Shown: piece by piece, positions 53,622 to 63,055 of the stretch | Position numbering within the stretch: the stretch's first letter is position 1 | Layout of the letters: the number at the start of each line of letters is the position of its first letter | Assembly (NCBI GenBank): GCA_043806135.1 | Contig: JAZDHG010000040.1 | Span: 1 to 63,055 of the forward strand | Source: Candidatus Omnitrophota bacterium | GTDB taxonomy: Bacteria; Omnitrophota; Gorgyraeia; B26-G9 | Length of the DNA: 63,055 nucleotides | Direction: 5' to 3' | Position numbers and translations under genes: made by a program | The notes under the pieces: model-generated | Databases searched by the model: none | What the model was told of the DNA's origin: nothing | Seen by the model: only the letters and a program-made list of their open reading frames with translations

Positions 53622-54884
53622 ATGGAAAAAGTAATTACTGTAACCGTAAAGCTGAAAGACCAGAGCGATGATTGGTCATTAGAGAACTTGAGTGAAGAGC
53701 TTAAATTGCTTGCACATACAGTAAAAGGGGAGATAGTCGGAGAAATAAAATGCAACCGGCAGAGCCCCACACCGTCTTTATATTTAGGTACTGGCAAGAT
53801 AAAAGAATTAGCCGAACTTTCCCTTCAGACAAAGGCCGATACAATAATATTTAATAATGATCTTAGTCCTACGCAGCAGAAGAATATCGAAGATGAACTT
53901 GGCGTTAAAACCATTGATCGCACGCAGTTAATATTAGATATATTTGCCCGTCATGCTAAAACACAGGAGGGTAAAATTCAGGTCGAGCTGGCCCAGCTGC
54001 AGTATCTTTTGCCCAGGCTCATGGGCAAGGGCATAGCGCTTTCCCGCTTAGGCGGCGGTATAGGAACGCGTGGCCCAGGCGAACAAAAGCTTGAAATTGA
54101 CAGGCGAAGGGTAAAAAAGCGTATCGACCTGCTTAAACAGGATATTAAGGCGCTGGAAATACGGCGTGGTCATTTGCGCAAGCGTCGTATTGAAAATGCG
54201 CTTTCTACTATTGCTCTCGTCGGCTATACCAATGCCGGTAAATCAACCCTGCTTAATGCCATCAGCAGTGCGCAGGTAAAAGTGAAAAACGAGATGTTTT
54301 CTACTCTTGATCCTGTGACAAAAAAAGTTACTCTTCCTGAAAATAATCTAAAGGTTCTAATTTCGGATACAGTAGGGTTTTTGCATAAACTTCCACATCA
54401 TCTGATCGATGCTTTTAAGGCAACGCTTGAAGAGATAAGGGATGCAGAGCTGCTGCTTGTTGTATTGGATATATCAAGCGAACTTATAGTCCAGCATCAT
54501 GACGCTATTTGGGAAGTTTTGAGGGAGCTGGGAGCTCAGGACAAGCCGATTATCTATGTGCTGAATAAGGTCGATAATTTAGGCGATGTTGATGAGCAGA
54601 CAAAGCTTAGGATAATCGAACGTTTCCAAAGGAAATTCAATAATTGTGTGGCTATATCTGCTAAGCTTAAAATAAATACGGACCAGCTGATTAAGCTTAT
54701 TGAACAAAATCTGATCAATACGATTACTGTAGTAAAAATATTCCTGAAATACAGTAAAATTAACCTGCTTAATACTCTCCATGAACAGGGTAAGGTTTTG
54801 CATTGTGAATATCGCGACAATGGTGTTTACGTTGAAGCAAAACTCCCTGTTTTAATTGCAAAAAAGGTCTTGACAGAAATTTAA
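53622..54884 (+). CDS. hflX: GTPase HflX
   Basis: DRTQLILDIFA, GTRGPGE, GYTNAGKS, DTVG and NKVD motifs. Confidence 0.95.
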   Translation: MEKVITVTVKLKDQSDDWSLENLSEELKLLAHTVKGEIVGEIKCNRQSPTPSLYLGTGKIKELAELSLQTKADTIIFNNDLSPTQQKNIEDELGVKTIDRTQLILDIFARHAKTQEGKIQVELAQLQYLLPRLMGKGIALSRLGGGIGTRGPGEQKLEIDRRRVKKRIDLLKQDIKALEIRRGHLRKRRIENALSTIALVGYTNAGKSTLLNAISSAQVKVKNEMFSTLDPVTKKVTLPENNLKVLISDTVGFLHKLPHHLIDAFKATLEEIRDAELLLVVLDISSELIVQHHDAIWEVLRELGAQDKPIIYVLNKVDNLGDVDEQTKLRIIERFQRKFNNCVAISAKLKINTDQLIKLIEQNLINTITVVKIFLKYSKINLLNTLHEQGKVLHCEYRDNGVYVEAKLPVLIAKKVLTEI

Positions 54885-54899
54885 ACGGTATGCTAATAT
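54870..54899 (+). promoter_or_regulatory. Promoter of the hrcA operon
   Basis: TTGACA (54870) and TGc-TAATAT directly upstream of CIRCE. Confidence 0.7.
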
Positions 54900-54900
54900 A

Positions 54901-54927
54901 TTAGCACTCTTTCGCCTAGAGTGCTAA
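54901..54927. promoter_or_regulatory. CIRCE element (HrcA operator)
   Basis: Perfect TTAGCACTC-N9-GAGTGCTAA. Confidence 0.97.
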
Positions 54928-54940
54928 TGTGGAGCTAAAA

Positions 54941-55993
54941 ATGAGAATAGATGTCGAGCAAAGAAGGGAAAAAATCCTTCGAATCATTATCAATAATTAT
55001 ATTATAAACGGCAGCCCTGTAAGTTCTCGCTCAATATGCAAGAAATACAAGATCGGCTTATGCCCTGCTTCCATCAGGAACGTAATGTCCGATCTTGAAG
55101 AACGGGGACTTATAACTCACTTGCATACTTCTGCGGGCAGAATACCTACAGATAAGGGCTATCGTTATTATGTGGATAGACTTGTGCAGACAACTGGGCT
55201 TACGCTTGAGGAGCAGTCCAATATAAACAAGGAATATCTGGCAAAACAGCTGGCTTTTGAGGAAGTAATGAGTAAAACCTCTAAAGTGCTTTCTGACTTT
55301 ACGCATTATGCAGGAGTAGTTTCTCAGCCGGAAATAAAAAAAGCATGTTTTAAGCGCATACAATTTACCCTGCTTAACCAGAAAAAAGTTTGTGTGACCC
55401 TTATTACCAATACAGGTATAACAAGAACATCGGTTGTTAGTTTTGATATTAAAATCGATGAGGAAAAAATAAAAAAGATCCAGAATTTCATGAATGCACA
55501 GCTGGAAAACGTCCCGTTAATAAATATTAAAACACAACTGCGCAAGATGATGATCGAGGAAAGGAATTCGTTTTTTCATATTTTACAGCAGTCTATGGAG
55601 CTGATAGATTCAAGCTATATTATAGATGAGCAGATGCGTTTTCATATGGAGGGGTTGAGTAATTTTTTAAATTTGCCGGAATACGATAACTCTGACATGG
55701 TCAGCTCTTTAATTAAACTTCTGGATGAAAAAGTTACATTGAACTCACTTGTTCAAGAGCTTATGCAGGATGAAGGCGGGAAAAGGAAAATCCGGGTTTT
55801 TATCGGTCAGGAAAACCCGCATAGCTTTATGAACAATTGCGCGATTATCCTTGGCACTTATGAGAGCAATAATCAGATAATAGGAGGTCTTGGGATTATC
55901 GGCCCAAAACGCATGGATTACGGAAAGGCGATTGCTACGGTAGAGTATGTGTCTGAAATGCTAAGCGATGCTTTAACCCAGTTTGTTATTTAA
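54941..55993 (+). CDS. hrcA: Heat-inducible transcription repressor
   Basis: ASIRNVMSDLE, HTSAGRIPTDKGYR and IIGPKRMDY motifs. Confidence 0.95.
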   Translation: MRIDVEQRREKILRIIINNYIINGSPVSSRSICKKYKIGLCPASIRNVMSDLEERGLITHLHTSAGRIPTDKGYRYYVDRLVQTTGLTLEEQSNINKEYLAKQLAFEEVMSKTSKVLSDFTHYAGVVSQPEIKKACFKRIQFTLLNQKKVCVTLITNTGITRTSVVSFDIKIDEEKIKKIQNFMNAQLENVPLINIKTQLRKMMIEERNSFFHILQQSMELIDSSYIIDEQMRFHMEGLSNFLNLPEYDNSDMVSSLIKLLDEKVTLNSLVQELMQDEGGKRKIRVFIGQENPHSFMNNCAIILGTYESNNQIIGGLGIIGPKRMDYGKAIATVEYVSEMLSDALTQFVI

Positions 55994-56005
55994 GGTGATT
56001 TGATT

Positions 56006-56620
56006 ATGAATAAAGAAGTGAAACATAAAAAAGAAGAACAAGAATCTCAGGAAAAGAAGAAAAAGATGGTTACTATAGCTGAGGAAGAATATGCGCTGCT
56101 TTTGGAAAAAGAAAAAGAAGTTACGGAAAAAATGCTGCGCCAACAGGCAGAAATTGAAAATACCAGAAAGCGTATTGAGCGTGACAAGATAGGTTTTCTT
56201 AAATTTTCTAATGAACAAATTATAAGCGAACTTATTCCTTTTGTAGATGATTTTAAGCGTGCTTTTGCGGCAGCCGACCAGACAAAAGAATTTGATGTTC
56301 TGCACAAAGGTGTGGAAATGATCTTAAAACGGCTGATGGAGCTTCTTAAAAATAAAGGCGTAACGGAGATAGAGGCGCGGGGTAAGCCGTTTGATCCGGC
56401 TTTTCATGAGGCGCTTATGCAAGTCGTTTCAGATGAGTATCCCGAAAATACGGTGATCGAGGAGCTTGAAAAAGGATACCTTTTGAATGAAAGAGTACTT
56501 AGAACAGCTAAGGTAAAGGTAGCGCAGGCAAAAGAAGAGTTAATAGAGGAAAAAAAATTATTAAATGAAGAAGAAACAGAACAAGAAAATATTATAGAAA
56601 AAGACAGTGAAACAGATTAA
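56006..56620 (+). CDS. grpE: Nucleotide exchange factor GrpE
   Basis: AEIENTRKR, FDPAFHEA and GYLLNERVLR motifs. Confidence 0.95.
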   Translation: MNKEVKHKKEEQESQEKKKKMVTIAEEEYALLLEKEKEVTEKMLRQQAEIENTRKRIERDKIGFLKFSNEQIISELIPFVDDFKRAFAAADQTKEFDVLHKGVEMILKRLMELLKNKGVTEIEARGKPFDPAFHEALMQVVSDEYPENTVIEELEKGYLLNERVLRTAKVKVAQAKEELIEEKKLLNEEETEQENIIEKDSETD

Positions 56621-56641
56621 GAAAAAGGGGAGGGTTTTAAA

Positions 56642-58522
56642 ATGGCAAAAGTAATTGGAATTGATCTGGGAACTTCAAACTCCGCCGCGGCTTTTTTGGA
56701 AAACGGCAGGCCGGTGATAATACCGTCTGCGGAAGGTACTACGGTTGGAGGGGGGAAAGCGTTTCCTTCATATGTTGCGTTTACAAAAGATGGACAGCGT
56801 CTGGTGGGTGAACCGGCGCGCCGTCAGGCCGCTATAAATTCACAGGGTACAATACAGGCGGCAAAAAGAAAAATGGGCTCTGATTATAAATTCGAGGCTT
56901 ATGGTAATAAGTATACACCGCAGCAGATATCTGCTTTTATCCTGCAGAAGGTAAAAGAAGACGCTGAGGCATATCTCGGCGATAAGGTGGATGGTGTTGT
57001 TATTACATGTCCGGCTTATTTTGATGATAACCAGAGAGCGGCAACAAGAGATGCCGGCGCTATTGCCGGACTTAATGTTTTACGAATAATCAATGAGCCG
57101 ACCGCAGCATGTCTTGCCTATGGGCTCGATAAGTCTGGTAAAGAACGGAAGATCATGGTTTTTGATCTAGGCGGCGGTACACTTGATGTAACTATTATGG
57201 AAATGGCCGATGGAGTTTTTGAAGTAAAATCCACACACGGGGACACTCAGCTGGGCGGTACTGATATGGACAATGCGCTTATTGATTATATCGCTGAGAA
57301 ATTTAAAAAAGAACAGGGAATCGACTTGCGCAAAGATACAATGGCTTTGCAGCGCTTAAGAGAAGGGGCAGAAAAAGCCAAGATTGAACTTTCCAGCGCG
57401 TTAAACACAGATATAAATCTGCCTTTTATTACTGCAGATGCAAACGGGCCTAAACATTTAACTCTTTCGATCAGCAGGGCAAAACTGGAGGATTTGATAA
57501 ATCCTATTGTCGAACGCTGCCGTGAACCGATAGCCAAGGCGATCCAAGATGCGAAGTTAAAGCCAAGCGATATTGACCGTATTATTATGGTCGGAGGCCC
57601 CACACGTATGCCTATTATTCAGAAATTCGTTGAGGATTACGCCGGCAAGAAGATAGAAGGCGGCGTTGATCCTATGGAATGCGTAGCTATGGGAGCGGCA
57701 ATTCAGGCAGGAATAATCAAGGGTGACGTAAAAGATGTACTGTTACTTGATGTTACTCCGCTCTCTTTGGGAATAGAAACCCTGGGCAGCGTATGCACAA
57801 AGTTAATTGAGCGGAATACGACTGTGCCGACTAAAAAGAGCCAGGTGTTTTCAACAGCTGCGGATAACCAGACTGAGGTTACGATCAGAGTATTACAGGG
57901 AGAAAGGCAGATGGCTAATGATAACGTTGAGCTGGGGAGGTTTAACCTTGTCGGCATCCCGCCGGCTGCACGCGGCATTCCCCAGATCGAAGTGACTTTT
58001 GATATTGATGCTAACGGGCTTGTGCATGTATCAGCAAAAGACCTGGGTACAGGTAAAGAACAGAGAATTACAATTAGCGCACCGAAAAAACTATCTGATG
58101 AGGAAATCAACCGCATGGTAAAGGATGCGGAAAAATTTGCCGAAGCAGACAAAAAGAAAAGAGAGGAAATTGAAACACGCAACCAGGCTGAAGCATTAGT
58201 CTACTCTACGGAAAAATCCTTGAAGGAGTTTGGTGATAAGGTAAGTGCTGCTGATAAGGAAAACATTGAAAAGAAAGCAGCCCAGTTAAAAGAAGACATA
58301 AATGGTACAGATTTTGACAAGATAAAGAAATCAACAGAAGAGTTGACCCAGGCTGCGCATAAACTCGCGGAAGCAGTATATAAAGCACAGGCAGCACAGC
58401 AGCAGGGAGCACAGTCTGCTTCTCAGGCACAGCAGGATGCCCAGCCGGGTGAAGCGGCAAAAGACAATAAGAATAAAGAAGATGTTGTCGATGCTGAATA
58501 CAAGGTAGAAGAAGAAAAATAA
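56642..58522 (+). CDS. dnaK: Chaperone DnaK, short archaeal-like type
   Basis: [24 protein letters not shown] and [12 protein letters not shown] motifs. Confidence 0.97.
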   Translation: MAKVIGIDLGTSNSAAAFLENGRPVIIPSAEGTTVGGGKAFPSYVAFTKDGQRLVGEPARRQAAINSQGTIQAAKRKMGSDYKFEAYGNKYTPQQISAFILQKVKEDAEAYLGDKVDGVVITCPAYFDDNQRAATRDAGAIAGLNVLRIINEPTAACLAYGLDKSGKERKIMVFDLGGGTLDVTIMEMADGVFEVKSTHGDTQLGGTDMDNALIDYIAEKFKKEQGIDLRKDTMALQRLREGAEKAKIELSSALNTDINLPFITADANGPKHLTLSISRAKLEDLINPIVERCREPIAKAIQDAKLKPSDIDRIIMVGGPTRMPIIQKFVEDYAGKKIEGGVDPMECVAMGAAIQAGIIKGDVKDVLLLDVTPLSLGIETLGSVCTKLIERNTTVPTKKSQVFSTAADNQTEVTIRVLQGERQMANDNVELGRFNLVGIPPAARGIPQIEVTFDIDANGLVHVSAKDLGTGKEQRITISAPKKLSDEEINRMVKDAEKFAEADKKKREEIETRNQAEALVYSTEKSLKEFGDKVSAADKENIEKKAAQLKEDINGTDFDKIKKSTEELTQAAHKLAEAVYKAQAAQQQGAQSASQAQQDAQPGEAAKDNKNKEDVVDAEYKVEEEK

Positions 58523-58528
58523 ATGAAG

Positions 58529-58564
58529 ATGTGGTTTATGAAGAGGAGCGCACATAAACCACAT
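58529..58564. other. Stable hairpin after dnaK
   Basis: atgtggtttatg / cataaaccacat, 12 bp. Confidence 0.55.
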
Positions 58565-58722
58565 TCTGAATTTACCCCGCCCTCTATAAAATATTGCAGA
58601 TAAAATAGAGGATTTCTTGGTACAGAATAATGACTTTAAATAAAACTTTGAGGTTAAGAGGGCGGAGTTAATGCGCACAATGATTTATGTTCACTAACGT
58701 TCCATAAAACAGGTGCTTATTA

Positions 58723-59868
58723 ATGACAAAACGGGATTATTACGAGATTTTAGGCGTAAGTAAAGATGCTTCGGTTGATGATATTAAAAAAACTTACCGC
58801 AAACTGGCTATGAAATATCATCCGGACAGGGCAACTGCCGATAAGCGGAAAGAATCTGAAGAGAAATTTAAAGAAATATCCGAAGCTTACGCAATATTGT
58901 CCGATGAAAAAAAACGCAGTCAATATGACCGTTTTGGTCATGCCGGTATTAATAATCAATACAGCAGCGAAGATATATTCCGCGGGGCTGATTTTAGTTC
59001 TATTTTTGAAGATATGGGATTTGGCGGCGGAGGTGTTTTTGAAGAGCTTTTCTCCGGCTTCGGATTTTCCGGATCACGCCAGTCAAAGCGAGGCCCTCGC
59101 CGCGGTGCGGACCTTGAATATGAGCTTCAGATAAGCTTTGAAGAAGCAGCCAAGGGAATAGAGAGAACCATTGCTATAAAACGCGGAGATCCTTGCCCGG
59201 CATGTAAAGGCAACGGCGCTCAGCCGGGGACGAAAAGGATTACCTGTCCGGCCTGTAAAGGAAGCGGACAAGTAGGACAATCGGCAGGTTTTTTTACTAT
59301 TGCCAGAACCTGTGACAGCTGTCATGGAGAAGGGGAAATTGTTACTGATCCATGCAAAAAATGCCGCGGGATAGGGCAAGTACAAATTGAGAGGAAAATT
59401 AATATAAAGGTTCCTGCCGGAGTTGATAACGGATCGCATCTGAGGGTCAGAGGCGAGGGAGAAGCAGGAGCAAAAGGGGGGCCGCGGGGTGAGTTATATA
59501 TCCTGATCCGCCTAAAACCTCATAAGGTTTTTGAAAGGCATGGTAATGATGTTATTTGTAAGGTCTCGATGAGTTTTGTCCAGGCGGCCATGGGAACTGA
59601 AATAGAAGTACCGGGCATCTATGAGGAAAAAATCAAGATGAAAATACCGGCAGGAACTCAAAGCGAGAAGGTTTTTAGAATAAGCGGCAAGGGATTTCCG
59701 GATTTAAGGGGCCATAGCAAAGGAGATCAGTATATAAGAGTTCATGTTGCTGTTCCGACTAGTTTGAGTTCAGAACAAAAGAAACTATTGCTTGAATTCG
59801 CGAAGTTAAGCGGTGAAAATTCTAAAAGCGAGTCAATCTCAGAAAAAATTAAAAATGCGTTTAAGTGA
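58723..59868 (+). CDS. dnaJ: Chaperone DnaJ
   Basis: J domain with HPD, G/F region, four CxxCxGxG repeats. Confidence 0.97.
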   Translation: MTKRDYYEILGVSKDASVDDIKKTYRKLAMKYHPDRATADKRKESEEKFKEISEAYAILSDEKKRSQYDRFGHAGINNQYSSEDIFRGADFSSIFEDMGFGGGGVFEELFSGFGFSGSRQSKRGPRRGADLEYELQISFEEAAKGIERTIAIKRGDPCPACKGNGAQPGTKRITCPACKGSGQVGQSAGFFTIARTCDSCHGEGEIVTDPCKKCRGIGQVQIERKINIKVPAGVDNGSHLRVRGEGEAGAKGGPRGELYILIRLKPHKVFERHGNDVICKVSMSFVQAAMGTEIEVPGIYEEKIKMKIPAGTQSEKVFRISGKGFPDLRGHSKGDQYIRVHVAVPTSLSSEQKKLLLEFAKLSGENSKSESISEKIKNAFK

Positions 59869-59926
59869 AATGAAGCTTAGATTTGTGATTTTGTGCGCAA
59901 ATCTTCATTAAAGGAGCTGAAGACAA

Positions 59927-60298
59927 GTGCCGACATATGATTATGAATGTCTAAGTTGTAAGCATACTTTTGAATTATTTCAGATGATGAGTGAAAAACC
60001 GATAAAGAAATGCCCTGAATGTAGTAAGAACAAAGTCAAAAGACTTATCGGCGCAGGCATGGGTATAATATTTAAAGGAACTGGTTTTTACGAGACGGAT
60101 TATAAGCGCAAGGAGGCTGATTCCTCAAGCGATAGATCAGCACAGAAGAATGATTCAAACATAGACAAAAAGCAGGGAACAGAAAAAAATAAGGCGGAGA
60201 ATTTAAAAGCAGATTTAACGCAAAAAAAAACGCAACCTGAGAAAAAATCAAATAAGGCCTCTGATGATAAGGGGAAAGATAAAAAACAAAACATATAA
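59927..60298 (+). CDS. FmdB-family zinc-ribbon protein
   Basis: MPTYDYECLSC, CPEC and FKGTGFYETDY motifs. Confidence 0.9.
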   Translation: MPTYDYECLSCKHTFELFQMMSEKPIKKCPECSKNKVKRLIGAGMGIIFKGTGFYETDYKRKEADSSSDRSAQKNDSNIDKKQGTEKNKAENLKADLTQKKTQPEKKSNKASDDKGKDKKQNI

Positions 60299-60647
60299 TA
60301 ATTTTTGCCTATATTGGTTACCCGTAATATTCTGGGCGCTATTAATTTTTTCCTTATCTTCATTTTCCGCATTCCCTAGGGCTGTTCAGCCGCTTTTTTC
60401 TTTTGATAAGCTTGCGCATTCACTTGAGTATGCGGTGCTCAGTTTTTTACTTGCCCGGGCGTTTGGAAATTCAAAAAAAAATAATTTGAAAATATATTTT
60501 CGTTTTTTAGCCGTAATTTGTGCTATTGTATATGCAATGTCTGATGAGCTGCATCAATATTTTGTCCCGATGCGAACGCCGAGTATCATTGACCTTATCT
60601 ATGACAGTATCGGGGCAATAATAGGGCAGAGGTTTTTCAAAAAATGA
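60264..60647 (+). CDS. VanZ-family membrane protein
   Basis: DKLAHSLEY and DELHQYFVPMR...DL motifs. Confidence 0.85.
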   Translation: MIRGKIKNKTYNNFCLYWLPVIFWALLIFSLSSFSAFPRAVQPLFSFDKLAHSLEYAVLSFLLARAFGNSKKNNLKIYFRFLAVICAIVYAMSDELHQYFVPMRTPSIIDLIYDSIGAIIGQRFFKK

Positions 60648-60690
60648 AGTCGGCTTCAAATATTTTAATTTATAAAAGGAGAAATGTGTT

Positions 60691-61953
60691 ATGGCTGAGA
60701 TCATTCCATTTCGCGGATTGAGGTATAATAGGGAAAAAGTTAAGAATATAAATGAGATTTTCGCGCCGCCGTATGATATTATTTCCGCAAAACAGCAGGG
60801 AGAGCTTTACAAGCAGCATCCGTTTAATATCGTCAGACTGATTCTGGGAAAACAATCCAAGAACGACAATAGGCGCAATAACCGCTATACCCGGGCCGCT
60901 AATCTTTTTAAAGAATGGATCAATACTGGTATTCTGGTTAAAGACGCCAATCCCAGCATATATATTTATACACAGGACTATACTTTCGAGGGGATAGTAA
61001 AAAAAAGGATCGGATTTCTGGCCAGAATGAAATTTGAAAAAGGCAAGGAGTGTCTGCCGCATGAACATACACTTGCTAAACCCAAGCAGGACAGGGTAAA
61101 GCTGATGCGCGCTGTGCAGGCTAACCTGAGCCCGATATTCTCTTTTTATATCGATAAAAAAAATAAGATTGAAATAATCTTGAAGCCTTATACAAAGAGA
61201 AAACCGCTTATAAGCTTTAGAGACAAAGAAAAGATCAGGCATCGTTTTTGGCAGGTCGATGATAAAAAGACAATTGAAAAAATCAGAAAATTGATGCAAA
61301 AAAAACAGACCTTTATTGCCGACGGCCATCATCGTTATGAGGTTTCCCGGTCTTTTTATCAGGAAATGTCCAGAAAAAAAGGCAGCAATGGGGAATTTGA
61401 TTCGGTAATGATTTATTTTACCGGATTTAACGATCAGAATCTGAGTGTTATGCCGACACACAGGTTGGTAAAAGCCATTGCGGATATCCAGAGCAAGATT
61501 GATTCTCTTGGGGATTATTTTAAGGTCACTGTTGCCAAAGATCTTAAGGAGATGATTTTCTCCCAGAGAAGGTTAAATGGGTTTTCTTTAGGGATGTGCT
61601 ATAAAAACAAGTTCTATGTTTTAGAAATGAAGGATGCTCGAATGCTGGATAGGCTTATGCGAAAATCACCTGCGCAGTGGCGCAAGCTTGATGTAGCGAT
61701 GCTAAATTCGGTTGTCTTTGAGCATGTATTTAAGCTTGATGAGAAGCAAAAAGAGGAAAAGATCAGTTATACGCGTGATCCTATATATGCGGTTGAGTGT
61801 ATAAAGAATAAAAAAGCACTGGTCGCTTTTTTTCCCAATGTCACAAAAGCAGAGCAGGTGAGAAAAATCGCATTATCCGGCAACCGCATGCCGCAAAAAT
61901 CAACTTACTTTTATCCTAAACCGTTAACCGGTCTTGTAATTAATAAATTCTGA
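60691..61953 (+). CDS. DUF1015 family protein
   Basis: PFRGLRY, PPYDII, PHEHT, IADGHHRYE and MPQKSTYFYPK motifs. Confidence 0.9.
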   Translation: MAEIIPFRGLRYNREKVKNINEIFAPPYDIISAKQQGELYKQHPFNIVRLILGKQSKNDNRRNNRYTRAANLFKEWINTGILVKDANPSIYIYTQDYTFEGIVKKRIGFLARMKFEKGKECLPHEHTLAKPKQDRVKLMRAVQANLSPIFSFYIDKKNKIEIILKPYTKRKPLISFRDKEKIRHRFWQVDDKKTIEKIRKLMQKKQTFIADGHHRYEVSRSFYQEMSRKKGSNGEFDSVMIYFTGFNDQNLSVMPTHRLVKAIADIQSKIDSLGDYFKVTVAKDLKEMIFSQRRLNGFSLGMCYKNKFYVLEMKDARMLDRLMRKSPAQWRKLDVAMLNSVVFEHVFKLDEKQKEEKISYTRDPIYAVECIKNKKALVAFFPNVTKAEQVRKIALSGNRMPQKSTYFYPKPLTGLVINKF

Positions 61954-61996
61954 AGGACTGTTCCTGATACCTAATGCCAATGGAAATTCAAAATCA

Positions 61997-62387
61997 GTGC
62001 TCTTTGTATGTGTAGAGAATTCATGCCGCAGCCAGATGGTGGAGGCATTGCTTAATAGTATGCAGATTAAGGAAGTGAAGGCTTATAGTGCCGGATCAAG
62101 ACCAATAGGTGAGGTCAATGCCCTGGCCAAAGAGGTAATGAAAGAAAGTCGGGATCAATATTTCTTATTATCTATCCAAGGGGCTTAATAGCCTGCCTGT
62201 AAAGCAGTTTGATTACATTGTGGGTATGGGCTGTAAGGACAGCTGCCTGAATATGGCGGCTAAGGAAAATGTCGAATGGGTAATAACCGATCCCAAAGGA
62301 AAAGATATCGATTTTTTCAGAAAAACGCGTGATGAAATCAAGGAAAAGGTAGAAGAGCTGGTTGAAAACATTGAACAAACAAGGTGA
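61997..62387 (+). pseudogene. arsC: Frameshifted arsenate reductase / LMW phosphatase
   Basis: CVENSCRSQM P-loop in one frame; after an extra A near 62145-62147 it continues VGINIS...MGCKDSC...DPKGK...RDEIKEKV to TGA 62387. Confidence 0.82.
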
Positions 62388-62389
62388 AT

Positions 62390-62968
62390 ATGAAAAATTT
62401 TGAAGACATAATGAATTTAGCGGCAGAGGCAGGGCTTTTAAAGCGTGTAAAGCGAAGCGGCTGGTGGGTTGTGGGTATAAAGAATCCTGAATCTGTTGCA
62501 GACCATAGTTTTCGCTGTGCAGTCATCGGCTATATTTTGGCTAAAATGGAAAAGGCATGCGTTCATACTGTGACAATGATGTGTCTTTTTAACGATCTGC
62601 ATGAAGCCCGTATTAATGATGCGCATAAGGTTGCCTCACGCTATTTAAATTATATAGAAGCAGAGGATAATGCATTTCGGGATCAGATAGAACATTTACC
62701 GAAAATGATAAAAAACGAACTCTGCGATTGGCGCAATGAATATAGGGCACAAAAGACAAAAGAGAGCATGATCGCCCGTGATGCGGATATCCTGGAATGC
62801 CTGTTTCAGGCTAAAGAGTATTCTGATCAAGGGGTAACTCAGGCAAAACTTTTTTTTAAAAAAGCTCCTTTATTTCTGGAAACCAAAGCAGCTAAATCCC
62901 TGTGGAAGAGTATTAAAAAATGGGACAGCAGTAAATGGTGGCAGCATATTACGGAATTTAAAAGATAA
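62390..62968 (+). CDS. HD-domain hydrolase (YfbR-like)
   Basis: LKRVKRSGW, ESVADHS and DADILE motifs; HD replaced by ND (LFNDLHE). Confidence 0.85.
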   Translation: MKNFEDIMNLAAEAGLLKRVKRSGWWVVGIKNPESVADHSFRCAVIGYILAKMEKACVHTVTMMCLFNDLHEARINDAHKVASRYLNYIEAEDNAFRDQIEHLPKMIKNELCDWRNEYRAQKTKESMIARDADILECLFQAKEYSDQGVTQAKLFFKKAPLFLETKAAKSLWKSIKKWDSSKWWQHITEFKR

Positions 62969-62970
62969 AT

Positions 62971-63055
62971 AGTTTAATAGTCTAAAAGTCTAAGAGTATA
63001 GTGATTAGAAGACAACAGATACAAGATGTGGATTAGCTTATAGCTAATGGCTGAT
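62971..63055. repeat. Short-period degenerate repeats running off the window end
   Basis: agtttaat agtctaaa agtctaag octamers; tagctta tagctaa tggctga heptamers. Confidence 0.45.

Noticed and set aside
53386-53634. ORFs 53422-53634, 53386-53601 and the hflX extension from 53565
   Set aside because: Not protein-like; the HflX-like sequence begins at MEKVI (53622)

Overview
A low-GC bacterial chromosome segment, tentatively PVC/Omnitrophota-like (inference from gene content only). Essentially all real genes lie on the + strand. Main blocks: (1) thiE, a DnaQ-like exonuclease and small exported proteins; (2) a ~21 kb nitrogen-assimilation supercluster (nfnAB, Cys-rich hypothetical, leuB remnant, icd-like, gdhA, carA, carB1, carB2, purF1, DUF1846, purF2, pyrG, GAF-ANTAR). 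Two canonical dual-hexaloop ANTAR antiterminator leaders precede nfnAB and gdhA, and purF2 has a dismantled glutaminase site, suggesting parallel glutamine- and ammonia-dependent enzyme sets under an RNA-level switch; (3) mixed housekeeping genes (HD-GYP with an in-frame stop, cytochrome c, rluA-like, uppP, glgC, two phasin-like genes, Na/Pi transporter, internally deleted mgtE, rlmB) and tRNA-Pro/Arg/His; (4) a trehalose/glucan cluster; (5) hflX and a CIRCE-controlled hrcA-grpE-dnaK-dnaJ operon with an archaeal-type DnaK, followed by DUF1015, a frameshifted arsC and an HD protein. Intergenic DNA holds several unexplained structures: two covarying copies of a branched element with GGA-loop hairpins, a ~210-nt structured RNA candidate upstream of hflX, a second palindromic repeat family, inverted heptamer arrays and unannotated micro-ORFs. 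No transposase, integrase, CRISPR array or rRNA was seen.
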